A stretch of 64,000 nt of DNA from Stegostoma tigrinum (taxonomy: Eukaryota). The stretch is taken from contig NC_081371.1 in the NCBI RefSeq assembly GCF_030684315.1, forward strand, positions 21,571,440 through 21,635,439, written 5' to 3'. A model generated the notes under the pieces. The model ran no database searches, was not told the DNA's origin, and saw nothing but the letters and a program-made list of their open reading frames with translations. Shown piece after piece: positions 1 through 11,958 of the stretch. How positions within the stretch are numbered: position 1 is the stretch's first letter; every line of letters begins with the position of its first letter. The position numbers and the translations under genes were made by a program.

Positions 1-149
1 TGTCAGAAGCATATCTCATAGCAGTTAAGTATGAGTTTTACTCATGTAGGATGCATCCTGGTTATCTGCTGGATTGTGACATCAAGACTCATGTTTTCCT
101 TCAACACCAATACCAGTAGTCAGCAGTCACATTTCAACCTCAATTCACC

Positions 150-286
150 CAATCTTTTCTGAAGAAAGGCTAAGGCCCGAAACATCAGCTTTCCTGCTTC
201 TATGATGCTGCTTGGCCTGCTGTATTCATCCAGCTCTACACCTTATTATCTCAGATTCTCCAGCATCTGCAGTTCCTACTATCCCT
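150..286 (+). mobile_element. Penelope-like element 3' end (pLTR fragment, subfamily A) with degenerate hammerhead motif
   Basis: CTGAAGA..GGCCCGAAACATC at 159-186, then the family terminus ...gatgctgcttggcctgctgtattcatccagctctacacc...gattctccagcatctgcagttcc. Flanked by direct repeat ctcaattcacc (139-149, 287-297). Confidence 0.8.
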
Positions 287-769
287 CTCAATTCACCACA
301 GTTGCAGCAAACTGTAGAGTGAAGTCCTTTACTTTCTTTCCTCTGCTATAAAAGTGATAAAATGTTGGGTATTCCTGCAGTTATGGTAAACCCAAATTCC
401 ACTGTAGTTTCTGCTGAACTCTTGCTTACAGTTAGATTAGATGTTGCTGTTTTGGATACGATCATTGAATTCAGGCTCAATTTTTTGAAGTATTGGTGAC
501 TTTTTGTTCGGCCCCTAAGTTGATCAGTCTGTGTCAACTGCAAAAAAAATGTTCAAAAAGGTACTGGAATTACAGAGATAATGAGAACTAATAGCTTTGA
601 TAGAATTATAGTTTTTCTTTACATCAAACAACAACCCTCTTTTTGCTCCAATTCTTCACATAGGTATTTTTCAAAACATTCAAGATTACAAATGTGTGGG
701 AAGTTTTTTTGCCATGTTAAACGATAGAAAACGTGATTGTTTTGAAAGATGCATCAAACATTCAGCAAA

Positions 770-1170
770 ATGAACATTCAAATTAGGAGCAAGAGAAGAC
801 CATTTTCCCCTTGAGCTTGCACTGCCATTCAGTATATACATGGCTGATATAATTGTACCCTCAACTCCAAAAAATTTTCAATAACCATAGGCTACCTTTG
901 TTAATCACGAATTTTCCTACCTCTTCCTTAACAGCATTTAATGGTCCTGCCTTCACTGCTCTCTGGAGAAGAGAATTCCAAAGACACAAGACCATCTGAA
1001 AGAAATAATACCTTCTCACCTCCAATTTCAAAGAATTTTCATTTTTAAGTTGTGTCCCCTAGATCAGAATTTCCTACATGCAGAAACATCCTTTCAGCAT
1101 CCATGCTGTCAACTCCCCTCAGTATCATAAATGTTTTAATCACGAACTCATGGATTGATAAGTCAGCAGC
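770..1170 (-). mobile_element. CR1-type LINE 3' end, decayed
   Basis: Resembles the other CR1 3' ends in the window (16340, 41070, 53000-53260), e.g. ttaggagcaagagaagaccattt and ctctggagaagagaattccaaaga. Confidence 0.55.
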
Positions 1171-1499
1171 CTTAAGGATATGAGAGGAGAAAATAGCTTT
1201 AAAAATTCAAACTGACATATACAGAAGTGACTTCTAGGCGATATCAGAGGTTAAAACTCAGCTGACAATCATAAACCTCAATTATTTTATGGTATGTTCT
1301 GAACATAACACCTTGATCAGACTGTTGCTTAATAGTCATGTTAATTATGTGATACAAAAGTAATCCAAATCTATATTTAGCCATCATGATCACCATGATT
1401 GAGATCTAGTCCCTTCTCTTTAAACCATAAGTACAGGAATAGGGATAGTTCTGCAGCTTCTAAACTTCAGTTAGATCATTGTTGATCTTTAGATATAAC

Positions 1500-2700
1500 T
1501 AACTGATCTGCTTTACCTGCAACTTGGTCACAACAGGAGACTCTCTTAAGATCAGTGCATGTGCTTTAGTGATTCTTCAAAGCATCCCTGTGACTCATAG
1601 ACATTCTTGGTTTGTGACTAACCAAAATGAAGAAGGCTTATTTGGGAAGTCACTAAGAGAAGCTTTATCAGGAATTGTACAGAGGCAAAGTCAAGACATT
1701 AGATTTCCAAGCAGCCCATCTATCTATACCTTTGAACACCATGTTGTGACAATGTGCAGATCACAATCAGGCTGATCAACATCTCAGAACTCATCAGACT
1801 GAAGTGGAAGAAGTCATTCTCAAGATTGTAGGATTGCCCAGAAGAAGAAGATGATCTGTACCTCAACTGTCCACAATTTTTACTGCCGCTATAGTGTCCA
1901 AAATCCAGTACCATTATGACCAAGACCTTAGCGGATTATGGATTCCCAAGCAGCTTCTTCATGCAGACTTCACAGACCCTAAGAGAAATGGCTAATTTCT
2001 GATTCTCTTCCCTGAAAGTGGCCAGGAATGTTGTAACTGGAATGCTCCTGCCAGTGGAACAGGCAGCTTTGTTTATAAACTATTGTTCTAAAACTATCAC
2101 CATCACTTCATTTTGCTTGAAGCTCTTTAGACCTTTTTTTTTCATTTATTACTCAGTGCAAGTCAGTCTCATGAGCTCAGAGTTGGCAAGAAGCTAGTTC
2201 TGATAAGTGAGACATGAATATTTTGCTATCTAGACCATTGGAAATAAGATTGAAGAACCACAGTGACGATAATTCCAGGAAGTGAGGCCCCTCCAAATGA
2301 GGAAAATAAACCTGTGTTATTGCTGACTGTGAGTCTTTGATTCCTAAATACTGCCTCATTCACTGAACCTGAGTAAAGTTTTTCAACCTCAGTTTTACCA
2401 CGTTTGGACCTCGATGATGCCAATCACAGCCAGCACTATAAGCACACCAGCAAGAAGAAAACATCAAACAATATAAAATTACTTGTCATCTTGTAATCCA
2501 GATCATCATCCTGTAGCTGAAATTAGCCACACTCAGAAGTAGCATTTCTGTCCTCTGAAGTCAGTCTGAGAATGGCCTGTTCATTGCCACATTGTGCCTG
2601 AGAAAGACATGTCCAGTTTTTGCACAGTTCTGCCTGGCAGATTGCTGGGTTTGAGATACCGTACCTATATTTTCACAGATTTTCTTCCAAACACCTGCCT
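1500..2700 (-). mobile_element. Possible highly decayed Gypsy LTR-retrotransposon gag/pro remnant
   Basis: Minus-strand translation near 2600-2640 gives NCAKTGH (zinc-knuckle-like), and near 2360-2390 gives KLYSGSVN (protease-DSG-like). No intact ORF. Confidence 0.3.
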
Positions 2701-2737
2701 ATAATAAAACCCAACTAATTAAAGTATCCAATGGAAG

Positions 2738-2845
2738 GGCTCTTGTGGTGTAGTGGTAGTATCCCTATCACTGAGCTAGGAGGCCAGGGTTCATGTTCCA
2801 CCTATTCCAGAGGTGTGGAATGACATCATTGAAGCAGTTGATTAT
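2738..2845 (+). mobile_element. Short tRNA-derived SINE
   Basis: A-box-like tggtgtagtgg and B-box-like gggttcatgttcc. Body (cagaggtgtg...catcattgaagcagttg) is shared with 6960-7075. Confidence 0.6.
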
Positions 2846-5744
2846 AAAATATAAAGTACTGAACGGACTGTAAAGGGAGTGGCGGCAGAACAAAGGCAGA
2901 CCCACAAACTGCATGTAAAAGTATGAAGGTGGCATTAAGTATGTTGAGAAATTGCTTCTTTTGTTGGTGTTGGTGTTATCTCCTACCTCCATCTCGTGCT
3001 CGCATCATCTCGACTGCAACTAACTACTAGTACCGGCAAGTTAAAAAAAAATTATAAAAAGGTTGAGCTTCATCCTCCCTCTGTTAACTTCACAGAAACA
3101 AGCAGTAGAGATCAATTATTTGTTATTAGGTGGACTTGTTGGAAAGGCTCTAACACTACTGGCGATTGCAATATACATTTTCTTCAACTGATCTGTGCAC
3201 AGCATTTGGTTTAAAACATTGACTCTGTGTGTGATTGACACTTGTTTTAATTGGTTAAGTAGCAATTATGGACACTGAAAAGTAGACTTATTCTGACAAT
3301 CCAGACAACGTTTTGACTTAGCTGTTTAACATAGAAATTAAATTTACTGCAAAAAAAGCAGACTTTCAATATATGTGAAACAATATATCATATTGAACTT
3401 CAGTTGTATCGGACCAAAATATTTATGGATTTCCTTTGACATTTATTATGGGAGTTGTTCTGACACTAGCTCTGAGCTCTCACTTAAGTATTAAGAGCAA
3501 CATTTCTCTTGGTTTTCCTGTGATACTGTTTAACCTAGGAGATTTCCTTACATCTTGAAAGCAGTGCAAATACCAGTTTCTTAGTGTTGTTGCCACTTGG
3601 GCAATAAAAATGCCATCTGGGCAATTAGTAGTTTAAATCATTCACCACATAGTGCAGGACCTGATAATATACATTTACTTGTGCAAACATTGAGCGAAGG
3701 TAACATTTCCCAGGTGGCTCTTCATTCTAATGGGCCTGATTTTAAATCTGTCCAAGTGGGTAGGTTTTGAATAAGTTTTTTAAAAAAATCTTCCACCAAT
3801 GTTTTTCACCACTTTCAAAATAGTCATGGGTTATAAAATTCACTTAAGTTTCAAACAATGCAGATACATGGAGTTTCATAACTAATAACATGTAAATGTC
3901 ATGTGAGAATCTCAAATCTTTTTCATTCCAATGCTGTTCATCAACTTTTGGTCCTCGTCAAGTACGAAATTTTAACAATAGGTGACCATCACTTTGAACT
4001 GCAGCTCTTTGACAACTGTGGAAATTATCTCAAAGGAATATCAATTGGAAACTTTATAGATGAAAGTTAATATAACTAATTAGCGCCAGTTAATATTTTC
4101 TTTATTTAATTGTCACTTCTCCTGTCAGATTGTCTTGCTAACAGCAAATATTTTGTCTAGGACAAGATGCTTGGCCTTCTATATTTGTTTTTTTCTGGTC
4201 TATTTGATTCAGCAAGATGGCACAGCTCATTAAGTGAGAGGAAGATTGAGAAGTTCTACAGAGAAGTCTGCAATGAATAATTCTTGGTGTACACATCAGT
4301 TTTCAGGAGATTCTAATCATAAAATAGTTGATCATAAAATCAGTTCACCCACACCTTCCAAGTAACATGCTAGAAACATATTATTATTCGCTGTTGTGCT
4401 GTATCTTCTCCTTACACTTTTCTGATGTACCATTATATGAAATGCACTATAGAATTGCGCAAGTACATATTATTGCATGATTACTTCTGCTTAAAAATTA
4501 CATCATTTAAAAAAATTCGACGTACAATGATCTTAATATTTAGGATGTGAATTGGATGCCACTGAAAACAAATGTGGTAGACTTAGTATATTAAATCTGT
4601 TCAAACTTCATTGCTCCTTGTGATTTTGGAGGACTGATTATGATGTGTCCAGATTGTGGCTAGTGCATGAAGGTGAGGTACAAGTGTTATTGTGCATATT
4701 ATCTTATTCCATTTTCACTGGTGTCACCCTATTTCTATTGCATGCCTAAAATAAATTGGTTTCTAGCCTTTCTAGGTGCTGAACTGTATGCTGAAGATTA
4801 AAGCATTTAGTAGTTTGTAAGGTCATTTTGCAGTTGTTTTTATGTTTTTTGTTCCTTTTCTAATGTAATTCAGCTTTTCAGAAGCCTTTGTGGAATTATT
4901 TTGGGCTGTTGCCTTTTATCTCCAACACATCATGAGTTTGTCTGTGCCTTTTGGAAGAGATGGCACTCTGCATAACTGTTTGTGTCTAGGCATCTACAGA
5001 CAAGGCTGCATATGACTCTGTCGGAGGAACAGGTCTTATAGAGCCTTGAGTTTATAAAGAATGCTGTGATAGAGAAGTGTCATATATTCTAATCAGACCT
5101 GAAGCCAAACTCCCCCAAAGGACAAGCACAGCATGTCTCTCAAGGCTAGAACTACCCCTAATGTTTTTGCTTTAAAACTTTGCTTGTGTTCATAGAGCTG
5201 CTTGTGACCACAGCACTGCATTCTATAAGCCAATGCTTACTCTAAAGCAAAGGTCTTGGCAATTTTTTTTTAAGCGAACCAGTTGTCGCCAATATTTGAT
5301 CCACAAGAGGAATTCTTACACATCCCAGGAGACTGATGTGATTCTATGTTGTCATACCATATAACAGATGTGTGGTTCCAAGACACGTTTATAATAGGGC
5401 ACACAAATTCCCCCCCTCCAGGTGCTCGGAATAATTTGGAGGTATTCTTCAATATAGTCACATGAAGCTTTCAAGGATTCCTTATGTTGCATATTATATA
5501 GCTTTCCTCTGCAGAAGAATCATTATGGGTCCTTGGATCACCCAGGCTAAGAGATACATTTATGGAAGTGCTGAAAAGAACAGGTAGAGCATGAAATACG
5601 GTGTAGACTGAAATTGTAGCTATATTCAAAATCTAATCATCAATTTTTTGTACAGAACATCCTGTCCAAAAATTTTTCTGCTTCTGCTATGATCCTCCTT
5701 ACTAATAATGTATAATTTGGCAAGTGAATTGAGAGTTGTAAGTT

Positions 5745-5960
5745 GGTGAAGACACCTCCTCTTCTTTGAATAGTACTGTGGGATATTTTATCTCCAGATG
5801 TCTTGACTTAATATTTAAAATAAGACTTCTCAAATAATGCAGGACTTGGTCAGTACAATATCTCCACATTTGAATGTAGACCAAATACTGCATTCTGGGA
5901 ATTAGGTTTGGATGCATGTCCTTCAGACTCTGAGCTGAGTGGTCTACCACTGATCTAGGC
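5745..5960 (-). mobile_element. Deu-domain SINE 5' part, decayed
   Basis: cttctttgaatagtactgtgggatattttat... resembles the copy at 41880-42330 and the reverse complement of 11325-11750. Confidence 0.4.
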
Positions 5961-6959
5961 TACCATGAGATGTGCAGTGTATGTCAGCAGTGCTTTTGCC
6001 TGGACTATTAGGAACTCTGGTTGCTTCTGCCAAAACATCCTTGTTGAACCTGTTTATCATAATATAGCTGAAAATTGCTGTGTCTGTGCTAAGCATAGGC
6101 ACAGTGCAGTCAACGGGTTATATAGCTGCCACCTTGGGCTGTCTTGTATCTTAATCTAGTCTACTTTAAACATGTAACATATTGTGGTTTATCTGTAAAC
6201 TTTTATCCTCAATGCTGTAAAATGCACTTGTCAACAAGCGTTGTACCATATTAATAATAAGGGAATATGTTCTGTGTTGATTTCACTCAAAACAAATAAG
6301 ACTTGGCAAATGCAAATCACACGTTCACCTTAAACACTTCATCAGGAGAGAGTTGAGATGGAAATGTTCTCATCATAACTGCATTGTAAATTACATATAA
6401 CGTTGATAAGGTTTATGACATAATGAATGTGACAACTCACAGCTTTAATGATTTTTATGACTGGAAAACACTTTCACACTTTTGTTCAGAAACAACTGTA
6501 CTTTCAACTGTTTCCTAGGAAGTCTAATATATTAGACAAAGGTGTTGCATAGCAGGTTAAGAAGAATATTTAAGAACAGATATTTGGAGAATTATTGATG
6601 GATATGTTGACAGCTGTATTGATGTATGCCTTTGGAAAGCTGAATACCACAACAAAGAAGGCCTCCTAGACAATTTACGCTAAAATACTTGTCTCGGCCA
6701 ATGTCTAAAAAGGTCATTCTAATCAAAGTATATATTTTTCACAAAATATTTTAGTGTGTACATTCAAAGTAAACATAGTTATTTATCACAATATGGAACA
6801 ATGAAAAATTGTTGCTCCACAGAAAGTTCTAAAATGACTGTCTAACATGCCATCTAACCCTGGATAGTTACTTGAATCCTATATTAAAGTATGTAGCTGC
6901 ATTTAATAATATGGATGCCATAGAAAATCTAATCCCCACTGCTAATATAATTATAAAAT

Positions 6960-7075
6960 GACTCATGTGGCACAGTGGGAGTGACCCTACCTATGAACTG
7001 GGAGGACTGAGTTTAAATCTTTCCTACCTCAGAGGTGTGTAAAACATACCTGAACAGGTTGCTTGGATAATATCT
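6960..7075 (+). mobile_element. Short tRNA-derived SINE (same family as 2738-2845)
   Basis: tgtggcacagtggg head, gagtttaaatc B-box-like motif, cagaggtgtgtaaaacatacctgaacaggttg body. Confidence 0.55.
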
Positions 7076-7403
7076 ACAATTGCAAGCATTGGGGCTAAAA
7101 ATGGTTATGGGGATCAGGATACTCAATTATCTCTTGCCTGTTCATCGTAATGTGTGCAGAATACCAACTTTGAGATAAAAAGGTGTAGAGCTGGATGAAC
7201 ACAGCAGGCCAAGCAGCATCAGAGGAGCAGGAGAGCTGATGTTTTGGGCCTAGACCTTTCTTCAGAAATGGGGGAGGGGAAGGGGATTCTGAAATAAATA
7301 GAGAGAGGGGGGGAGGCAGATAGAAGATGGATAAAGGAGAAGATAGGTGGAGAGGAGACAGACAAGTCAAAGAGGCGGGGATGGAGCCACTAAAGGTGAG
7401 GAG

Positions 7404-7718
7404 TTAGATTAGAATACCTACAGTGTGGAAACAGACCCTTTGGCCCAACATGTCCACACTGCCCCTTGAAGCATCCCACCCAGACCCATCCCCTATAACA
7501 CACACACCCCTGAATACTACGGACAATTTAGCATGGCCAATCCACCTAGCCTGCACATCTTTGGAATGTGGGAGGAAACCGGAGCGCCCGGAGGAAACTC
7601 ACGCAGACACGGGGAGAAGGTGCAAACTCCACACAGACAGTCGCCCGAGGCTGGAATTGAACCCAGGTCCCTGGCGCTGTGAGGCTGCAGTGCTAAGCAC
7701 TGAACCACCGTGCCGCCC
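7404..7718 (-). mobile_element. HE1-type V-SINE (tRNA-derived) inserted into the PLE
   Basis: Minus strand: gggcggcacggtggttcagtgcttagc (A box), gggttcaattcc (B box), V-domain gtggagtttgcaccttctccccgtgtctgcgtg...ttcctcccacattccaaagatgtgcagg, and tail ...attctaatctaa. Confidence 0.88.
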
Positions 7719-7840
7719 TAGAAGGGAATAGGTCAGTCGAGAGAGGATGGACAGGTCCAGGGGGCAGGATGAGGCTAGTAGATAGGAGATGGGGATGAGG
7801 CCTGAGGTGGGAGGAGGGGATAGGTCGGAGGAAGGACAGG

Positions 7841-8260
7841 TTAGGGAGGCGGGGACAAGCTGGGCTGGTTTTGGGATGCAGTAGGGGGAGGGGAGATTTT
7901 GAAGCTTGTGAAGTCCACATTGATACAATTAGGCTGCAGGGTTCCCAAGCAGAATATGAGGTGCTGTTCCTGCAACCTTTGAGTGGCATCATTGTGACAC
8001 TGCAGGAGGCCCAGGATGGACATGTCATCCGAGGAGTGGGAGGAAGAGTTGAAATGGTTCGCGACTGGGAGGTGCAGTTGTTTGTTGCGAATTGAGCATT
8101 GGTGTTCCACAAAGCAGTCCCTAAGCCTCCACTTGGTTTCCCCGATATAGAGGAGGCCACAACGGGTACAGCGGATACAGTATACCACATTAGCAGGTGA
8201 ACATCTGCTTGATGTGGAAGGTCTTCTTGGGGCCTGGGATAGGGGTGAGGGGTAAGGTGT
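7841..8260 (-). pseudogene. PLE GIY-YIG endonuclease domain fragment
   Basis: VVY-x-I-x-C-xx-C...YIGET...RL...EH motifs in ORF 7841..8350; frameshifted upstream. Confidence 0.85.
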
Positions 8261-9329
8261 AGGGGCAGGTGTAGCACTTCCTGAGGTTGCAGGGAAAAGT
8301 GCCAGGGGTGGTGGGGCTGGAGGCGAGTATGGATCGGACGAGGGAGTCACAGAGAGAGTGGGCCCTCCGGAAAGCAGATAAGGGTGGGGAGGGAAAAATG
8401 TCTTTTGTGGTGGGGTCTGATTGCGGATGGCGGAAGTGTCAGAGGATAATGCATTGGTTCCAGACGTTGGTATGTGAGGATGAGGGGAATTTTTCCGCCA
8501 CCTCCGCCTCCGCGCTTACTTCTTTAAGCATGAGCCTAACCCTCCCTCCAATGACCCCTTCTCCCACCTCCAACACACCTCTCCTCCTGGACACCATCTC
8601 AAGGCCTCCTACCCTCCCTCAACCTCTTCATCTCTAACTGCCGTCAAGACAACAATCGCTTCAACCTCTCCACCTCTCTCGCCCACTCCAACCGCTCCCC
8701 CGCAGAACCTGCAACCCTCCGTTTCAATCCCCATCTCACCATAAAATCCGCGGACAAGGGTGGCATAGTTGTAGTATGGTGCACCGACCTCTACATTGCC
8801 GAGATCAGATGCCAGTTCTCTGTCACCTCCTCCTACCAGCCCCTTGATCATGACCCCACCCCCGACCTCCAAAACATCATCTCCCAAACCATCCACAACC
8901 TCATCACTTCATGTGACCTCCCACCCACAGCCTCCAACCTTATTGTTCCCCAAAGTGCACCGCCCACTTCTATCTCCTTCCCAAAATCCAGAAACCTGAC
9001 TGCCTTGGTCGACCCATTGTCACCGCCTGCTCCTGCCCCATTAAATTTATCTCTACCCAAAACCAGCCCAACTTGTCCCCACCTCCCTAACCTGTCCTTC
9101 CTCCCACCTCAAGCCCCACCCCCATCTCCTACCTACCAGCCTCATCCGCCATCTGGACCTGTCCATCCTCCCTGAACTGACCTATTCCCTCCCTAACTCA
9201 CCTTTACTGGCTCCATCCCCGCCTCTTTGACCTGTCTGTCTCCTCTCACCCTATCTTCTCCTCTCCATCTTCTATCCACCTCTCCCTCTCTCCATATTTA
9301 TTTCAGAATTCCTTTCTCCTCCGCCATTT

Positions 9330-9357
9330 CTGAAGAAGAGTCTAGGCCCGAAACGTC
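9330..9357 (+). ncRNA. Minimal type I hammerhead ribozyme motif (PLE-associated)
   Basis: CTGAAGA-A-GAG-tctagg-CCC-GAAA-C-GTC: conserved core boxes, short stem II with one mismatch, palindromic ACGT in place of stem III. Confidence 0.65.
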
Positions 9358-9869
9358 AAGTTTCCTGCTCCTCTGATGCTGCTTGGCCTTCTGTGTTCAT
9401 CCAGTTCTACACCTTGTTATCTCAGATTCTCCAGCATCTGCAGTTCCGATCTCAGAAACAGTGTACCAACTTTGTCCTGTCTGTCTGTTGATTCTGAGTG
9501 ATTTCGTTGTCCAGCCAATACAAACCACGCCATTAACTGATCACATATTGAGGTGAGGGGGAAGGGATACAATATTGTATGTGGCTTGAATCCCTTAAAT
9601 TTAACTTGCACCTCTTAAACAGCACATTGTAGCTGGATCAAATACTGACAGTAGAGCAAAAAATGAATCTGACATAGGAATTGGGGAAGATTATTGTAAC
9701 ATGGTAGAGTTTAGTTTCCAACATTTTTGAATGCAAAACTGGAGATGTGCATGGAGGATGTGCAAAATAGGAGGTTTGTCTTGTAAAAAGAATCATATTG
9801 ACTCGTCTTCCATGCTACCAAACATGCTGGGTTCTTCAAGCACGTTTTATTTTTATTACATTTTAGCAA

Positions 9870-10600
9870 AATGTTTCATCCTGGACTCATCAGGACAAAC
9901 ACAAGAATGCAAAATTTCAGATTTGTACTTTGGAGAAAAGGCTGCTGCTTGGTTGAAAAGTAGATTAGCTGAGCTGTTGCCATGGAGAAAATAACGGGGC
10001 ATTAAGACCCACACCACCCTGCCCCCAAACTCCCAGCTAGTTCACAAAAAGCATTGGACTTGAATATTTCCTTTCATTTGCTGAGAATTTGTTCCTATGT
10101 ATGTCACTTATTACAAGTTGAAATGAGCTTTGTTAGAAGTTTAACTGATTGTCTTGAATTAGGTATTAGTTTAGGTATGAGTATACTCTCAGGATTGTTC
10201 AGTAAATGCTGCCCTATTGTAGAGTCATCTTCAAGAGTAAACATTTTATTTTGATTTGCAAGTGCTGGTTGGCTGAGTGTAATCGGTACTTTTCCTATAA
10301 TGAATATGCTGTTTGATTCAGTCAATCATTCATTTGGATGTTCTACACACCTAGCATTGTACCGGCACTGAAATTTATAAGTGACATTGCTCAATGTATC
10401 GTAGGCAGAATGTCTTATTGAAATAATAGCAACACCCTGTTAATGGAAAATACTACTCACATAGCCACTGCACAGCAGCAGCATTTAATTATTTGCTTAA
10501 CCTGTTGTTCAATTTTGGAAGTACTTTTGAGGTGTAATAGTCTTAACGAGTTCTCTTTCCTTTCTCTACTTTTGGAAACATTAACTAAATGTTGCTGGGT
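9870..10600 (-). mobile_element. Old Penelope-like element of a different family (GIY-YIG remnant plus hammerhead-like core)
   Basis: Minus translation gives LSNVTYKFQCRYNARCV and DSTIGQHLLNNPE (ORF 10104..10325). Reverse complement of 9874-9894 is cctgatgagtccaggatgaaa (CTGATGA...GAAA). Confidence 0.6.
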
Positions 10601-11324
10601 GTAAATATAGGCCCATTAATAGTGAGATTGCGATAATGTGGAAAAGTGCAAGAACAAGAGAAGTGACATTGCGGAACTTGTATTTTCCTAGTCAAGATTA
10701 AGATAAACACAGCTAAAGGTTAAAGAGGGAGAGGAATTCCTGGAATGTATACAAAAGAATGTTCTTGATTAATATGTTTCCAGTTCAATAAGAAAGGAAG
10801 CAGTACTGCATTTGGAGAGTTTGTGAGGTAAGGATGGCGACGATTACATTGGAAAAACTCAACTGGAGGAAAGCTATTTTCAGCGACTGGGGCAAGGACT
10901 GTGGCCCAGGCTAAATCGAATCAAAACTTGACAGGTTAGACAGTGAATGATGAGGTTCTGAAGAAGTCTTAGTGGACTCAAATCAGATACCAGAATGGCG
11001 AGCTGAATAACAGAAAAAGTGAAGAAGTCAACAACAGTGTCAAAGAAGATGGATGAGAATCAGCGAGTCAGTAAAATAAAACAGAACACAAAAGAATCAT
11101 AAATGAACAGCCATAAACATAATCATGTAAAAGGAGGAGTCACTGGAATGGTGGAGCTACTTAAGGACCAAAAAGGAAAACCAAAAAGTGGGCAAGTACC
11201 ATACATCAATATGTCACATCTACCTTTAGGAAAGAAGTCACGGAAAAGGCACATGGAAGGAGGCCGAAATTACGTTGAAGTCGATGATGAGGAGATACTT
11301 GAGTGCTAGTTGCACATTAATTTC

Positions 11325-11750
11325 AGAGTCATAAGGTTCAAGTTCTCTTTCAGGGCTTCAGCACAAAAATCAAGGCTGACACTGAGTGCAATAGGGAGGG
11401 AATGGAAGAAGTGCCCTATTTCAGATAAGGCCTTAAACCAAGGCTCCATCTGCTTGTTGAGGTGCATGTGAAAAATGCCATAGTATGCTTTAGAAGAAGA
11501 ATAGCAAGCTATCTTCTTGTCCTGGACAATATTCATCCCTTAACCAACACACAAAAATGAATATCTGGTCATTATCACATTGCTGTTTGTTGCAGCTTGT
11601 AGTATGCAAACTGACTGTTATATTTCCTGTATTACAACAATGCTATGTTTCAAAAGAATGTCACTGGCTGTGAATCCTTTAAGACATTTTGTGGCTGTAA
11701 CAACTGTTACATAAAAGTAAGATTTCCTTTCTTCCTTAAAAGCTTGGTGA
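11325..11750 (+). mobile_element. Deu-domain SINE (SacSINE1/AmnSINE-like)
   Basis: B-box-like ggttcaagttc; Deu-like core gtcctggacaatattcatcccttaaccaac...tatctggtcattatcacattgctgtttgt. Confidence 0.65.
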
Positions 11751-11779
11751 AACTCAAAGTGGGAATGTCACTTAGTTTG

Positions 11780-11958
11780 AGAGAGAGAGATAATTGGAAC
11801 TGCAGATGCTGGAGAATCCAAAATAATAAAATGTGAGGCTGGATGAACACAGCAGGCCAAGCAGCATCTCAGGAGCACAAAAGCTGACGTTTCGGGCTTT
11901 TGTGCTCCTGAGATGCTGCTTGGCCTGCTGTGTTCATCCAGCCTCACATTTTATTACC
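11780..11958. mobile_element. Short PLE hairpin insertion (subfamily B)
   Basis: Arms ~11824-11885 and ~11896-11956 are reverse complements. Unpaired tail on the left. 15-bp TSD atgtcacttagtttg at 11765-11779 and 11959-11973. Confidence 0.9.

Larger units (their letters stand above)
7173..9455. mobile_element. Penelope-like element with inverted termini: minus arm (pLTR plus GIY-YIG endonuclease) and plus arm (N-terminal/pre-RT region joined to pLTR)
   Basis: 7173-~7880 is the reverse complement of ~9055-9422, excluding the inserted SINE. Minus ORF gives ANVVYCIRCTRCGLLYIGETKWRL..EH..PVANHF..EQHLIFCLGTLQP. Plus strand 8740-9040 gives ADKGGIVVVW..DHDPT..FYLLPKIQKPDCLGRPIV, typical of PLE sequence upstream of RT. 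TSD-like taccaactttg at 7162-7172 and 9464-9474. Confidence 0.88.

Noticed and set aside
7640-7718. tRNA genes at A/B-box motifs (also 2738, 6960, 54203, 56408)
   Set aside because: The boxes run directly into SINE bodies; no complete cloverleaf is evident.
11780-11958. Short hairpins as DNA-transposon MITEs
   Set aside because: The arms are identical to the PLE 3' terminus, the ends are asymmetric and TSD length varies (11-16 bp), unlike cut-and-paste elements.
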